DNA of 64,000 nucleotides from Legionella sp. (GTDB lineage Bacteria; Pseudomonadota; Gammaproteobacteria; Legionellales; Legionellaceae): NCBI GenBank assembly GCA_030680075.1, contig JAUXWR010000246.1, positions 785 to 64,784 of the forward strand, read 5' to 3'. Shown piece by piece: positions 56,737 to 64,000 of this stretch (position 1 is its first letter; each line of letters starts with the position of its first letter). The notes under the pieces were generated by a model. It saw only the letters and a program-made list of their open reading frames with translations, ran no database searches and was not told where the DNA came from. The position numbers and the translations under genes were made by a program.

Positions 56737-58107
56737 TTAGGCGTGGCGATTTTTCACGAGCACGGCAGGGGGAAAACTTGTAATGCGAGTTGTGGCGAGC
56801 CAGGAATTAACTTCCTCAATATCATTAGCATTGAGCGAGCCGGCAAGGTATTTAAGATTTAGCAGGGAATAAATCAAATTGTATTGATCATTCGCCAGCT
56901 CTCGTTGTGCTTCAAAAAGACGTTGCTGAGCGTTGACCACATCGACCATGGTGCGTGTTCCCACTTGAAATTGAGCTTCGGTACTTTCAAGAGAGTTTAC
57001 TCTTGATACCACGGTTTGACGGTCTGCTTTCACTTTACTGATTCCGTCAATGATGTTGTTGAAAGCAATACGACTGTTAACCACGACGTCGCGATAAATT
57101 TTTTCCAGTTGCTCACTTGATGATTGAAAATCAAATTGTGCCTGCCTTGTTTGAGAGAGCACAAGTCCACCTTGGAAAACAGGAAAATTCATAGCCAACC
57201 CAATGTTTGCAGTTGTCTGGCGGGATGGCGCAAAAAATGTACTATCCGAGACATCATTATGAGTTTGTACGGTATTGCTCTGAATAGCCAATGTAGGCAT
57301 GCTTCCGCTTGCTTGCACTTTAATATTGTCTCTTGCAGCCAGGAGGTTATATTTTGCAGAATATAAATTATAATTTTGTCTAAGACCCGTATCTACCCAC
57401 TCATCAACATTATCCGGCTCGGGCTTAATCAAAGGAATTTTACTGTCGCGCAGGGGCGCCAGGTAGTTATAAACATGATTGGTCAGTTTGCGCAGATTCT
57501 CACTTTGGTTAATCTGATTATTCTTCGCGGTGATAACTTCAGCAATCGACTGATCATATGCCGCTTTCGCCTCATACACGGAAGTTATGGCATCCAGACC
57601 TACTTTAAAGCGCTCTTCGGCCTGGTCGAGCTGGCGTTTATTGGCCCGTTTTTTTGCTTCAGCAAAATTTAAGGTATCTTTTGCCAGCAAGACGTCCATG
57701 TATGCCCTGACTGTACGAAGAATTAACTCTTGTGCGGCATTATTAAACGTCGCTTGAGCGGCTTTTACCGTGGCCTTAGCTTGCTGTACGCGCGCCCATG
57801 CCTGATAGTTAAACACAGCTTGTGAGGCATTAACCTGCCATTGGTTGCTATGATAAATTTGTGCTATTTCAAAGCCCCCGGCTTTGACATCCTGCTTGTT
57901 TCGATTTACCTGACCGCCGATAGTTACCTGCGGTAAAAGAGCGGCTCTTGCCTGAGGAATCGCTTCACTTGTAGACATATAAGTACTGTAGGCTTCTTTA
58001 AATGTAGGGTCGTTTTCGAGTGCCTGATGATAAATGTCCATCAAATCCGTTCCATGCGAAACCGGAGATAAACCAATAGCCAACAAGCAAACCAACATTT
58101 TTTTCAT
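56737..58107 (-). CDS. tolC: TolC-family outer membrane efflux protein
   Basis: Signal peptide, then two internally repeated OEP halves. About 455 aa. Confidence 0.8.
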   Translation of the reverse strand: MKKMLVCLLAIGLSPVSHGTDLMDIYHQALENDPTFKEAYSTYMSTSEAIPQARAALLPQVTIGGQVNRNKQDVKAGGFEIAQIYHSNQWQVNASQAVFNYQAWARVQQAKATVKAAQATFNNAAQELILRTVRAYMDVLLAKDTLNFAEAKKRANKRQLDQAEERFKVGLDAITSVYEAKAAYDQSIAEVITAKNNQINQSENLRKLTNHVYNYLAPLRDSKIPLIKPEPDNVDEWVDTGLRQNYNLYSAKYNLLAARDNIKVQASGSMPTLAIQSNTVQTHNDVSDSTFFAPSRQTTANIGLAMNFPVFQGGLVLSQTRQAQFDFQSSSEQLEKIYRDVVVNSRIAFNNIIDGISKVKADRQTVVSRVNSLESTEAQFQVGTRTMVDVVNAQQRLFEAQRELANDQYNLIYSLLNLKYLAGSLNANDIEEVNSWLATTRITSFPPAVLVKNRHA

Positions 58108-58118
58108 GCGAACTAGTC

Positions 58119-58772
58119 CTAGAAAACGAATTCTTTCGGTTTTAATTGATTAATCAAAGGAGGGATGCAGGTTTCAAATAATAGCTCCTGTGTCCAGTTA
58201 CCCATATGATCTAACGTAAGAAGCAAGCATTGCATGACAGGTTCTTTACCGACTATAGCGACTAATTTGCCACCAGGGAGTACCTGTAGACGATGTGTCT
58301 CTGTTATTGTCTCAATGGCGCCAGTAAGAATAACCACATCGTAAGGTGCTTTATCAAGCCAACCCCGACAGCCATCACCGGTGATTAGTTCAACGTTGCT
58401 ACAATTATACTGTTCCAGTTTTTTTCTGGCTGTATGAGTAAACTCCTGAAAATAATCTACACTGATTATGGTCTGACCCAATCGACTAAGCATGGCGGTT
58501 AAATAGCCTGTGCCAGTACCCACTTCGAGTATGGTCTCATGGCCACGAAGTTTTAATGCCTGAAGAATGCGCCCTTCTTCCAGAGGGGTCATCATGCGTT
58601 GATGATGCGCCAGAGGAATTTGCATGTCGGAATAGGCGAACGGCCGCATAGCGTGGGGAACGAACTCTTCGCGTGAGAATTCCTCAAAAAGTGCAAGAAT
58701 TGTGTCATCGAGTACGTCACCAGTTCTTAGTTGTTGTTTGACCATATTAAGGCATGCGTTTTGATTAGTCAT
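58119..58772 (-). CDS. Protein-L-isoaspartate O-methyltransferase-family protein (tolC-linked paralog)
   Basis: SAM motif I ILEVGTGTGYLTAML. About 217 aa. Confidence 0.7.
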   Translation of the reverse strand: MTNQNACLNMVKQQLRTGDVLDDTILALFEEFSREEFVPHAMRPFAYSDMQIPLAHHQRMMTPLEEGRILQALKLRGHETILEVGTGTGYLTAMLSRLGQTIISVDYFQEFTHTARKKLEQYNCSNVELITGDGCRGWLDKAPYDVVILTGAIETITETHRLQVLPGGKLVAIVGKEPVMQCLLLTLDHMGNWTQELLFETCIPPLINQLKPKEFVF

Positions 58773-58948
58773 ATAGATTTACCATTACATGAGACAAGTA
58801 GGTTAGAACGTTGTAGGTATTTTAGCAAGAATTGAGGAAAGGTGCGATTAATTCACGCGAGATTTATTAACAATGCATCATTCGATAGTGCTGATGTGTA
58901 AAATTTGTTATCATTCCCTCAAATTTTTATCGTAAAAAGGAGAGTACA

Positions 58949-60136
58949 GTGCTTGAGCGATTTACCGAACATTTGCAATCTGAGCTGAATATTCTTAAGG
59001 AAGAGGGATTATACAAATCAGAGCGTATCATTGCAGGCCAGCAGCAAGCGATGGTGCGGGTGAAAGAAGGTGACGTTATTAATCTGTGCGCTAATAATTA
59101 TCTAGGCCTTGCGAATAATCCCGAGTTGATTGAAGAAGGTCAGAAAGCTTTGCAAACTTACGGGTATGGCATGGCTTCAGTACGTTTTATTTGCGGTACC
59201 CAAACCCCTCACAAATCATTAGAAAAAAAAATCAGTGATTTTCTGGGTATGGAAGATACTATTTTATATTCCTCCTGCTTTGATGCCAATACCGGTTTGT
59301 TTGAGACGTTGCTCGGTGCCGAGGATGCTATTATCAGCGATGCACTGAATCACGCCAGCATTATTGATGGTGTCAGGTTATGTAAAGCTATGCGTTATCG
59401 ATATGCCAATAATGACATGCAAGATTTGGAAGCGCAGTTAATTGCTGCCAAAGACGCGCGTTTTCGCTTAATCGCGACCGATGGCGTGTTCTCGATGGAT
59501 GGGATTATTGCCAATCTCCCCGCTATTTGTGAATTGGCCGAGCGTTATGATGCCATGGTCATGGTGGATGACTCACATGCGGTGGGTTTTATGGGAGAGA
59601 CTGGCCGTGGTACGCCTGAATATTGCGGTGTCCGTGACAAGATAGATATTATTACCGGCACGCTTGGCAAAGCCTTAGGAGGTGCTTCTGGTGGCTATAC
59701 CAGCGCTAATGCCGTTATTGTTGATTGGTTACGACAGCGCTCAAGGCCTTATCTTTTTTCAAATACATTAGCGCCTGTTATTGCCGCGACCTCAATAAAA
59801 GTTCTCTCCATGCTTGAAGAAAATAATGAGCTCGCCAATAAACTGAAACGCAATAGTCACTATTTCCGGGAGGGGATGCTCAAACTTGGCTTTAACCTTG
59901 TCCCGGGTGAACACCCCATTATTCCTGTCATGTTGGGCGATGCGTCTTTGGCGGGTAAAATGGCTGCGGCTTTATTGCAGGAAGGTATTTATGTGGTTGG
60001 ATTTTCTTTTCCGGTTGTTCCCAAAGGTAAAGCTCGTATTCGCACCCAAATGTCAGCGGCTCTTGAGATTCACCATTTGGACAAAGCACTGGCCGCTTTT
60101 GCCAAAGTGGGCAAAGAGCTTGGCGTGATTAATTAA
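58949..60136 (+). CDS. kbl: Glycine C-acetyltransferase (2-amino-3-ketobutyrate CoA ligase)
   Basis: GTG start after aaaggagag. PLP-lysine context ([15 protein letters not shown]). 395 aa. Followed by tdh. Confidence 0.9.
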   Translation: MLERFTEHLQSELNILKEEGLYKSERIIAGQQQAMVRVKEGDVINLCANNYLGLANNPELIEEGQKALQTYGYGMASVRFICGTQTPHKSLEKKISDFLGMEDTILYSSCFDANTGLFETLLGAEDAIISDALNHASIIDGVRLCKAMRYRYANNDMQDLEAQLIAAKDARFRLIATDGVFSMDGIIANLPAICELAERYDAMVMVDDSHAVGFMGETGRGTPEYCGVRDKIDIITGTLGKALGGASGGYTSANAVIVDWLRQRSRPYLFSNTLAPVIAATSIKVLSMLEENNELANKLKRNSHYFREGMLKLGFNLVPGEHPIIPVMLGDASLAGKMAAALLQEGIYVVGFSFPVVPKGKARIRTQMSAALEIHHLDKALAAFAKVGKELGVIN

Positions 60137-60179
60137 ACGGATAATCAATCCCGTTAAAAAATTAATGCAGGGGAAACAG

Positions 60180-61205
60180 ATGAAATCATTAGTAAAAGCC
60201 AAAAGAGAGCCTGGAATCTGGATGGAGGATATCCCGGTTCCTGAATATGGTGTTAATGATGTATTGATTAAAATTCACAAAACAGCAATTTGCGGAACGG
60301 ATATTCACATATATTCGTGGGATGACTGGGCGCAGGCGACTATTCCTGTTCCAATGACCGTCGGGCACGAATTTTATGGTGAAATTGCTGAGATAGGGCG
60401 TGAAGTAAAAGGCTTTAGCATAGGTCAACGTGTATCAGGAGAGGGTCATATCACCTGTGGCATGTGCCGCAACTGCCGCGCTGGCAAACGCCATTTATGC
60501 CGCAATACGTTGGGGGTTGGCGTCAATCGGCCAGGTTGCTTTGCTGAATACCTGGCATTGCCCGCGAGTAATGTTTTGCCGCTACCTGATAATATTACCG
60601 GCGAGCAAGCGTCTATTCTTGATCCCTTTGGTAATGCTACACATTGTGCATTGGCTTTTGACATGGTCGGTGAGGACGTTTTAATTACAGGGGCAGGCCC
60701 CATCGGTATTATGGCTGTGGCCATCGCAAAACATATTGGTGCCCGTCACGTCGTTATCACCGATGTTAATGATCACCGCCTGGAGCTTGCGCGTAAAATG
60801 GGCGCGACCCGCGCTATTAATGTGAAATATCAGCCCATTAAAGATGTGATGGATGAATTGGAAATGAGTGAGGGTTTTGATGTTGGTCTGGAAATGTCAG
60901 GCAACCCTATGGCGTTGAATGATATGTTCAAAGCCATGAATCATGGCGGTCACGTTGCCATATTGGGGATTCCTCCTCAGGAAACTCCGATTGATTGGAA
61001 TCATGTAATATTTAAAGGATTGGTTATTAAAGGAATCTATGGCCGGGAAATGTTTGAAACCTGGTATAAAATGATTGCAATGTTACAAAGCGGTTTAGAT
61101 ATAAGCCCCGTAATGACGCATCATTTTCCAGTGGCAGATTTCCAGGATGCGTTTCAGATTATGGCGTCTGGGCAATCAGGCAAAGTGATTCTTGATTGGA
61201 TATAA
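60180..61205 (+). CDS. tdh: L-threonine 3-dehydrogenase
   Basis: Zinc-ADH motifs ([23 protein letters not shown]), GAGPIGIMA Rossmann motif. 341 aa from the MKSLVK start. Confidence 0.9.
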   Translation: MKSLVKAKREPGIWMEDIPVPEYGVNDVLIKIHKTAICGTDIHIYSWDDWAQATIPVPMTVGHEFYGEIAEIGREVKGFSIGQRVSGEGHITCGMCRNCRAGKRHLCRNTLGVGVNRPGCFAEYLALPASNVLPLPDNITGEQASILDPFGNATHCALAFDMVGEDVLITGAGPIGIMAVAIAKHIGARHVVITDVNDHRLELARKMGATRAINVKYQPIKDVMDELEMSEGFDVGLEMSGNPMALNDMFKAMNHGGHVAILGIPPQETPIDWNHVIFKGLVIKGIYGREMFETWYKMIAMLQSGLDISPVMTHHFPVADFQDAFQIMASGQSGKVILDWI

Positions 61206-61296
61206 ATTGACCTAAGAAGCGCAAAATTATTCCTTGAGTAATCAGGTGGATTGGTTTACCTTTGCGCGTGCATTTTAAAAGAGATACGGAGTATTA

Positions 61297-62970
61297 ATGT
61301 CGCAGTATATTTTTACCATGAATCGCCTCAGTAAATTCGTTGATAATCAACGGGTGATTCTTAAAGACATTTCATTGAGCTTTTTACCAGGCGCTAAAAT
61401 TGGTGTTTTGGGATTAAATGGTTCTGGAAAATCCACTTTATTACGAATTATGGCGGGTGTTGATACGCAATTTGACGGTGAAGCGCGCGCGCAGCCCGGT
61501 ATTAAAATTGGCTATCTGGCGCAAGAGCCGGAGCTTGATCTGACTAAAACTGTCCGTGCCGTTGTCGAAGAAGGTGTGGCGGATGTAAAAAATAAGTTAG
61601 TGGAATTTGATGAAATCAGTATGCGTTTTGCGGAACCAATGACTGATGATGAAATGAATGCACTCCTGGAAAAACAGGGCGAATTGCAAAATGCCATTGA
61701 AGCCTGTGGTGGCTGGGATCTGGATAGAAAACTCGATGTTGCTGCTGATGCATTACGTTTGCCTGATTGGGACGCTATTGTGGGTCAGCTTTCCGGGGGA
61801 GAGCGTCGCCGGGTAGCCTTGTGTCGTCTCCTCTTGTCAAGCCCTGATATGTTACTGCTGGATGAGCCTACCAACCATCTTGATGCTGAAAGTGTCGCAT
61901 GGCTTGAGCGCTACCTTGAAGAATTTAAAGGTACGGTGGTCGCCATTACGCATGACCGGTATTTTCTCGATAATGCCGCTGAGTGGATACTGGAGTTGGA
62001 TAGAGGCGAGGGTATCCCTTACAAAGGTAATTATACAGCGTGGCTTGAACAAAAAGATGCCCGTATTGCGATGGAAGAAAAGCAGCAAGCCTCTCATCAG
62101 CGCGCTATTAAAGCTGAATTGGAATGGGTAAAAGCCTCTCCAAAAGGCCGTCATGCGAAGAGTAAAGCTCGCATGGACAGATTCGAAGATTTGATTTCCA
62201 AAGAGTTTCAAAAGCGTAATGAAACCAATGAGTTGTATATTCCACCTGGCGAGCGCTTGGGCGATCTCGTTCTTGAAGGTAAAAATATTCGTAAAGCATT
62301 TGGCGACAGATTATTAATCTCTGATTTGAATTTCCAGCTCCCCAAAGGGGGTGTTTTGGGAATTATTGGTCCGAATGGTGCCGGTAAGTCGACTTTCCTC
62401 AAAATGATAACCGGTCAGGAAACCCCTGATAGTGGTGAAATTCGCATTGGTGAAACAGTTGATCTCGCCTATGTTGATCAGATGCGCGATCAGTTGGATG
62501 ATGATAAAACCGTATGGCAGGAAATTGCCGATGGTCATGACATTATGCAAGTCGGTGCATTTCAAATGCCTTCGCGTGCTTATGTAGGCCGTTTCAACTT
62601 CAAAGGTGCGGATCAACAGAAGAAAATGTCGCAGCTTTCTGGTGGTGAGCGTAATCGCGTTCATTTGGCAAAGCTTCTAAAGCGTGGCGCCAACGTATTG
62701 CTTCTTGACGAACCCAGTAATGATCTGGACGTCGAAACCTTGCGCTCGTTAGAAGAAGCGATTTTGAATTTTCCGGGTTGTGCCATTGTTATCTCGCATG
62801 ATCGCTGGTTCCTTGACAGGATTTGTACGCATTTAATGGCTTTTGAAGGTGATTCTCAGGTAGTCTTCCTTGAAGGTAATTACAGCGATTACGAAGCGGA
62901 CAGGAAACGACGTTTGGGCGATGACGCCAATCGGCCGCACCGAATAAAATATCGCCGCATAGAAAAATAA
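61297..62970 (+). CDS. ettA: ABC-F translational throttle protein
   Basis: Two soluble NBDs (GLNGSGKST, GPNGAGKST) with the EttA-type linker. About 555 aa. No TM segments. Confidence 0.88.
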   Translation: MSQYIFTMNRLSKFVDNQRVILKDISLSFLPGAKIGVLGLNGSGKSTLLRIMAGVDTQFDGEARAQPGIKIGYLAQEPELDLTKTVRAVVEEGVADVKNKLVEFDEISMRFAEPMTDDEMNALLEKQGELQNAIEACGGWDLDRKLDVAADALRLPDWDAIVGQLSGGERRRVALCRLLLSSPDMLLLDEPTNHLDAESVAWLERYLEEFKGTVVAITHDRYFLDNAAEWILELDRGEGIPYKGNYTAWLEQKDARIAMEEKQQASHQRAIKAELEWVKASPKGRHAKSKARMDRFEDLISKEFQKRNETNELYIPPGERLGDLVLEGKNIRKAFGDRLLISDLNFQLPKGGVLGIIGPNGAGKSTFLKMITGQETPDSGEIRIGETVDLAYVDQMRDQLDDDKTVWQEIADGHDIMQVGAFQMPSRAYVGRFNFKGADQQKKMSQLSGGERNRVHLAKLLKRGANVLLLDEPSNDLDVETLRSLEEAILNFPGCAIVISHDRWFLDRICTHLMAFEGDSQVVFLEGNYSDYEADRKRRLGDDANRPHRIKYRRIEK

Positions 62971-62997
62971 TAGTTAAATCCTGGATTGGAGATTTCC

Positions 62998-63591
62998 ATG
63001 AGTAAGTTGTATTGGGCGGGCCTTTTGTTATGCCTTAGTCTTTCTGGTTGTGTTGAATTTGATGAGTCCACATTAATTACGGACGATGCGGGTTATGTAC
63101 ACCGAACAACCCATTATCTCAAGGATAAACGAGGTCGGGATTATTTTCCCAAAGAAGCACCAGCGACAGGAAGGAAACAGTTTATTTTCGATCCTAAAGC
63201 TTATGCCTGGGCGGCTTATGATGCTGAGGGGCACCGAGTCATGACGGGAAGTGCTTCTGGCGGTAAAGATGTTTGTGAAGAGGATGGCCAGTCCTGCCGC
63301 ACCGTAACAGGTACTTTCCGTGTCTACAATAAACGCGGCCTTGGTTGTCGTTCTGGTGAATACCCGGTTGAAACAACCGGAGGGGCAAAAATGCCTTATT
63401 GCATGTATTTTTTCCAGGGCTACACTGTGCATGCAGGCTATGAGGTACCTTATGCCAATACCAGCCATGGTTGTATCCGGGTGTTACCCAGTGCTGCAAA
63501 ATGGCTTAATGAAAATTTCATCACGATAGGAACTCAGGTGACAGTATTATCCTATGCAGATGAGGAAGGCACACAGAAAAGCAAAAAATAG
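62998..63591 (+). CDS. Lipoprotein with an L,D-transpeptidase (YkuD) catalytic domain
   Basis: Lipobox LSLSGC. The YkuD motif HGCIRV is near the C-terminus. ggag lies 6 nt upstream of ATG 62998. Confidence 0.75.
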   Translation: MSKLYWAGLLLCLSLSGCVEFDESTLITDDAGYVHRTTHYLKDKRGRDYFPKEAPATGRKQFIFDPKAYAWAAYDAEGHRVMTGSASGGKDVCEEDGQSCRTVTGTFRVYNKRGLGCRSGEYPVETTGGAKMPYCMYFFQGYTVHAGYEVPYANTSHGCIRVLPSAAKWLNENFITIGTQVTVLSYADEEGTQKSKK

Positions 63592-63629
63592 CGCATAGTG
63601 TCATGTTTCACTATGCTTCGGATGACATG

Positions 63630-64000
63630 TTACGAATGGTTTTTTCGCCAATGATTGGCGATATCAATGCGGCGTGTTATCCAGATATCAGGAAATTTTT
63701 TAATATAATCAATGAACTTCTTTACGGCCATGCAACGACCTGGATGGCCGCTATATCTTGGATGCAGTCCGATGCTCATTAGCCCGCCTCGATTTTCTTC
63801 ATATAAATAGTCAAAAGTATATTTTAGCTGATTGAAAAAATCACGCGGACAGTTAAATCCCGGGGATGTACCAAAGCGAAAATCATTGCAATCCAGAGAG
63901 TAGGGGATAATCAGATGTGTTCCTTCATAATAAGGTATATCGTCAGCGTAACTCTCCGAATCATAAAGAAAGCCGCCAATTTTTAACAACAACTCACGCG
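63630..64000 (-). CDS. C-terminal part of a polysaccharide-deacetylase-family protein (PuuE-allantoinase-like); the 5' end lies beyond the window
   Basis: The ORF stays open to the window edge. HPRYSGHPGR and WITRRIDIANHW are typical of this family's C-terminus. Confidence 0.6.
   Translation of the reverse strand, partial: RELLLKIGGFLYDSESYADDIPYYEGTHLIIPYSLDCNDFRFGTSPGFNCPRDFFNQLKYTFDYLYEENRGGLMSIGLHPRYSGHPGRCMAVKKFIDYIKKFPDIWITRRIDIANHWRKNHS

Noticed and set aside
1-64000. Searched by eye for tRNA, rRNA, riboswitch-like or integrase/transposase genes marking genomic islands.
   Set aside because: None was recognised. Intergenic regions are accounted for by promoters and REP/MITE-like repeats. 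A covariance-model scan (tRNAscan-SE, Infernal/Rfam) would be needed to exclude small RNAs.

Overview
This 64-kb window looks like chromosomal DNA from a Legionella-type gammaproteobacterium. That assignment is an inference from three things: AT-rich sequence, several families of short palindromic intergenic repeats, and many hydrophilic or coiled-coil orphan ORFs with eukaryote-like motifs. No database search was possible. About 55 CDS are supportable; I saw no rRNA, tRNA or CRISPR.

Core metabolic and housekeeping blocks:
- Putrescine synthesis from arginine: speA-aguA-aguB (15592-19366, minus strand).
- Complete leucine/isovalerate catabolic cluster: liuA-thiolase-liuBCDE (19466-27676, minus strand).
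- pyrD; msbA-lpxK; a YbaK-like/AlaX-like trans-editing pair under an XRE-cupin regulator; proS.
- A SulP-beta-carbonic-anhydrase fusion; ttcA; tolC; kbl-tdh; ettA.

Accessory blocks:
1. 1-15450: the tail of a coiled-coil protein, a MITE-like element and a Ras-superfamily small-GTPase-like protein. These are followed by a 10-gene divergent lipid/polyketide-like biosynthetic cluster (1481-13224). It encodes two KAS III homologs, a FAAL, a second ANL ligase, an ACP, an SDR, a membrane hexapeptide-repeat protein, a stand-alone carboxyltransferase, an acyl-CoA-dehydrogenase-like protein and a GH3-family ligase. A 740-aa DUF2235/Tle1-like lipase-motif protein ends the block.
2. 29766-31239: two small orphan proteins.
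3. 39659-47092: a protein ending in a CaaX prenylation box (CVIL), immediately followed by a 2207-aa ORF. That ORF combines leucine-rich repeats, a YopT/AvrPphB-like Cys-His-Asp protease signature and a chain of midasin/dynein-type AAA modules.

The giant ORF with its CaaX neighbour, and the orphan biosynthetic cluster, are the most interesting candidates. All functional calls rest on motifs read directly from the translations and need profile or structure searches to confirm.
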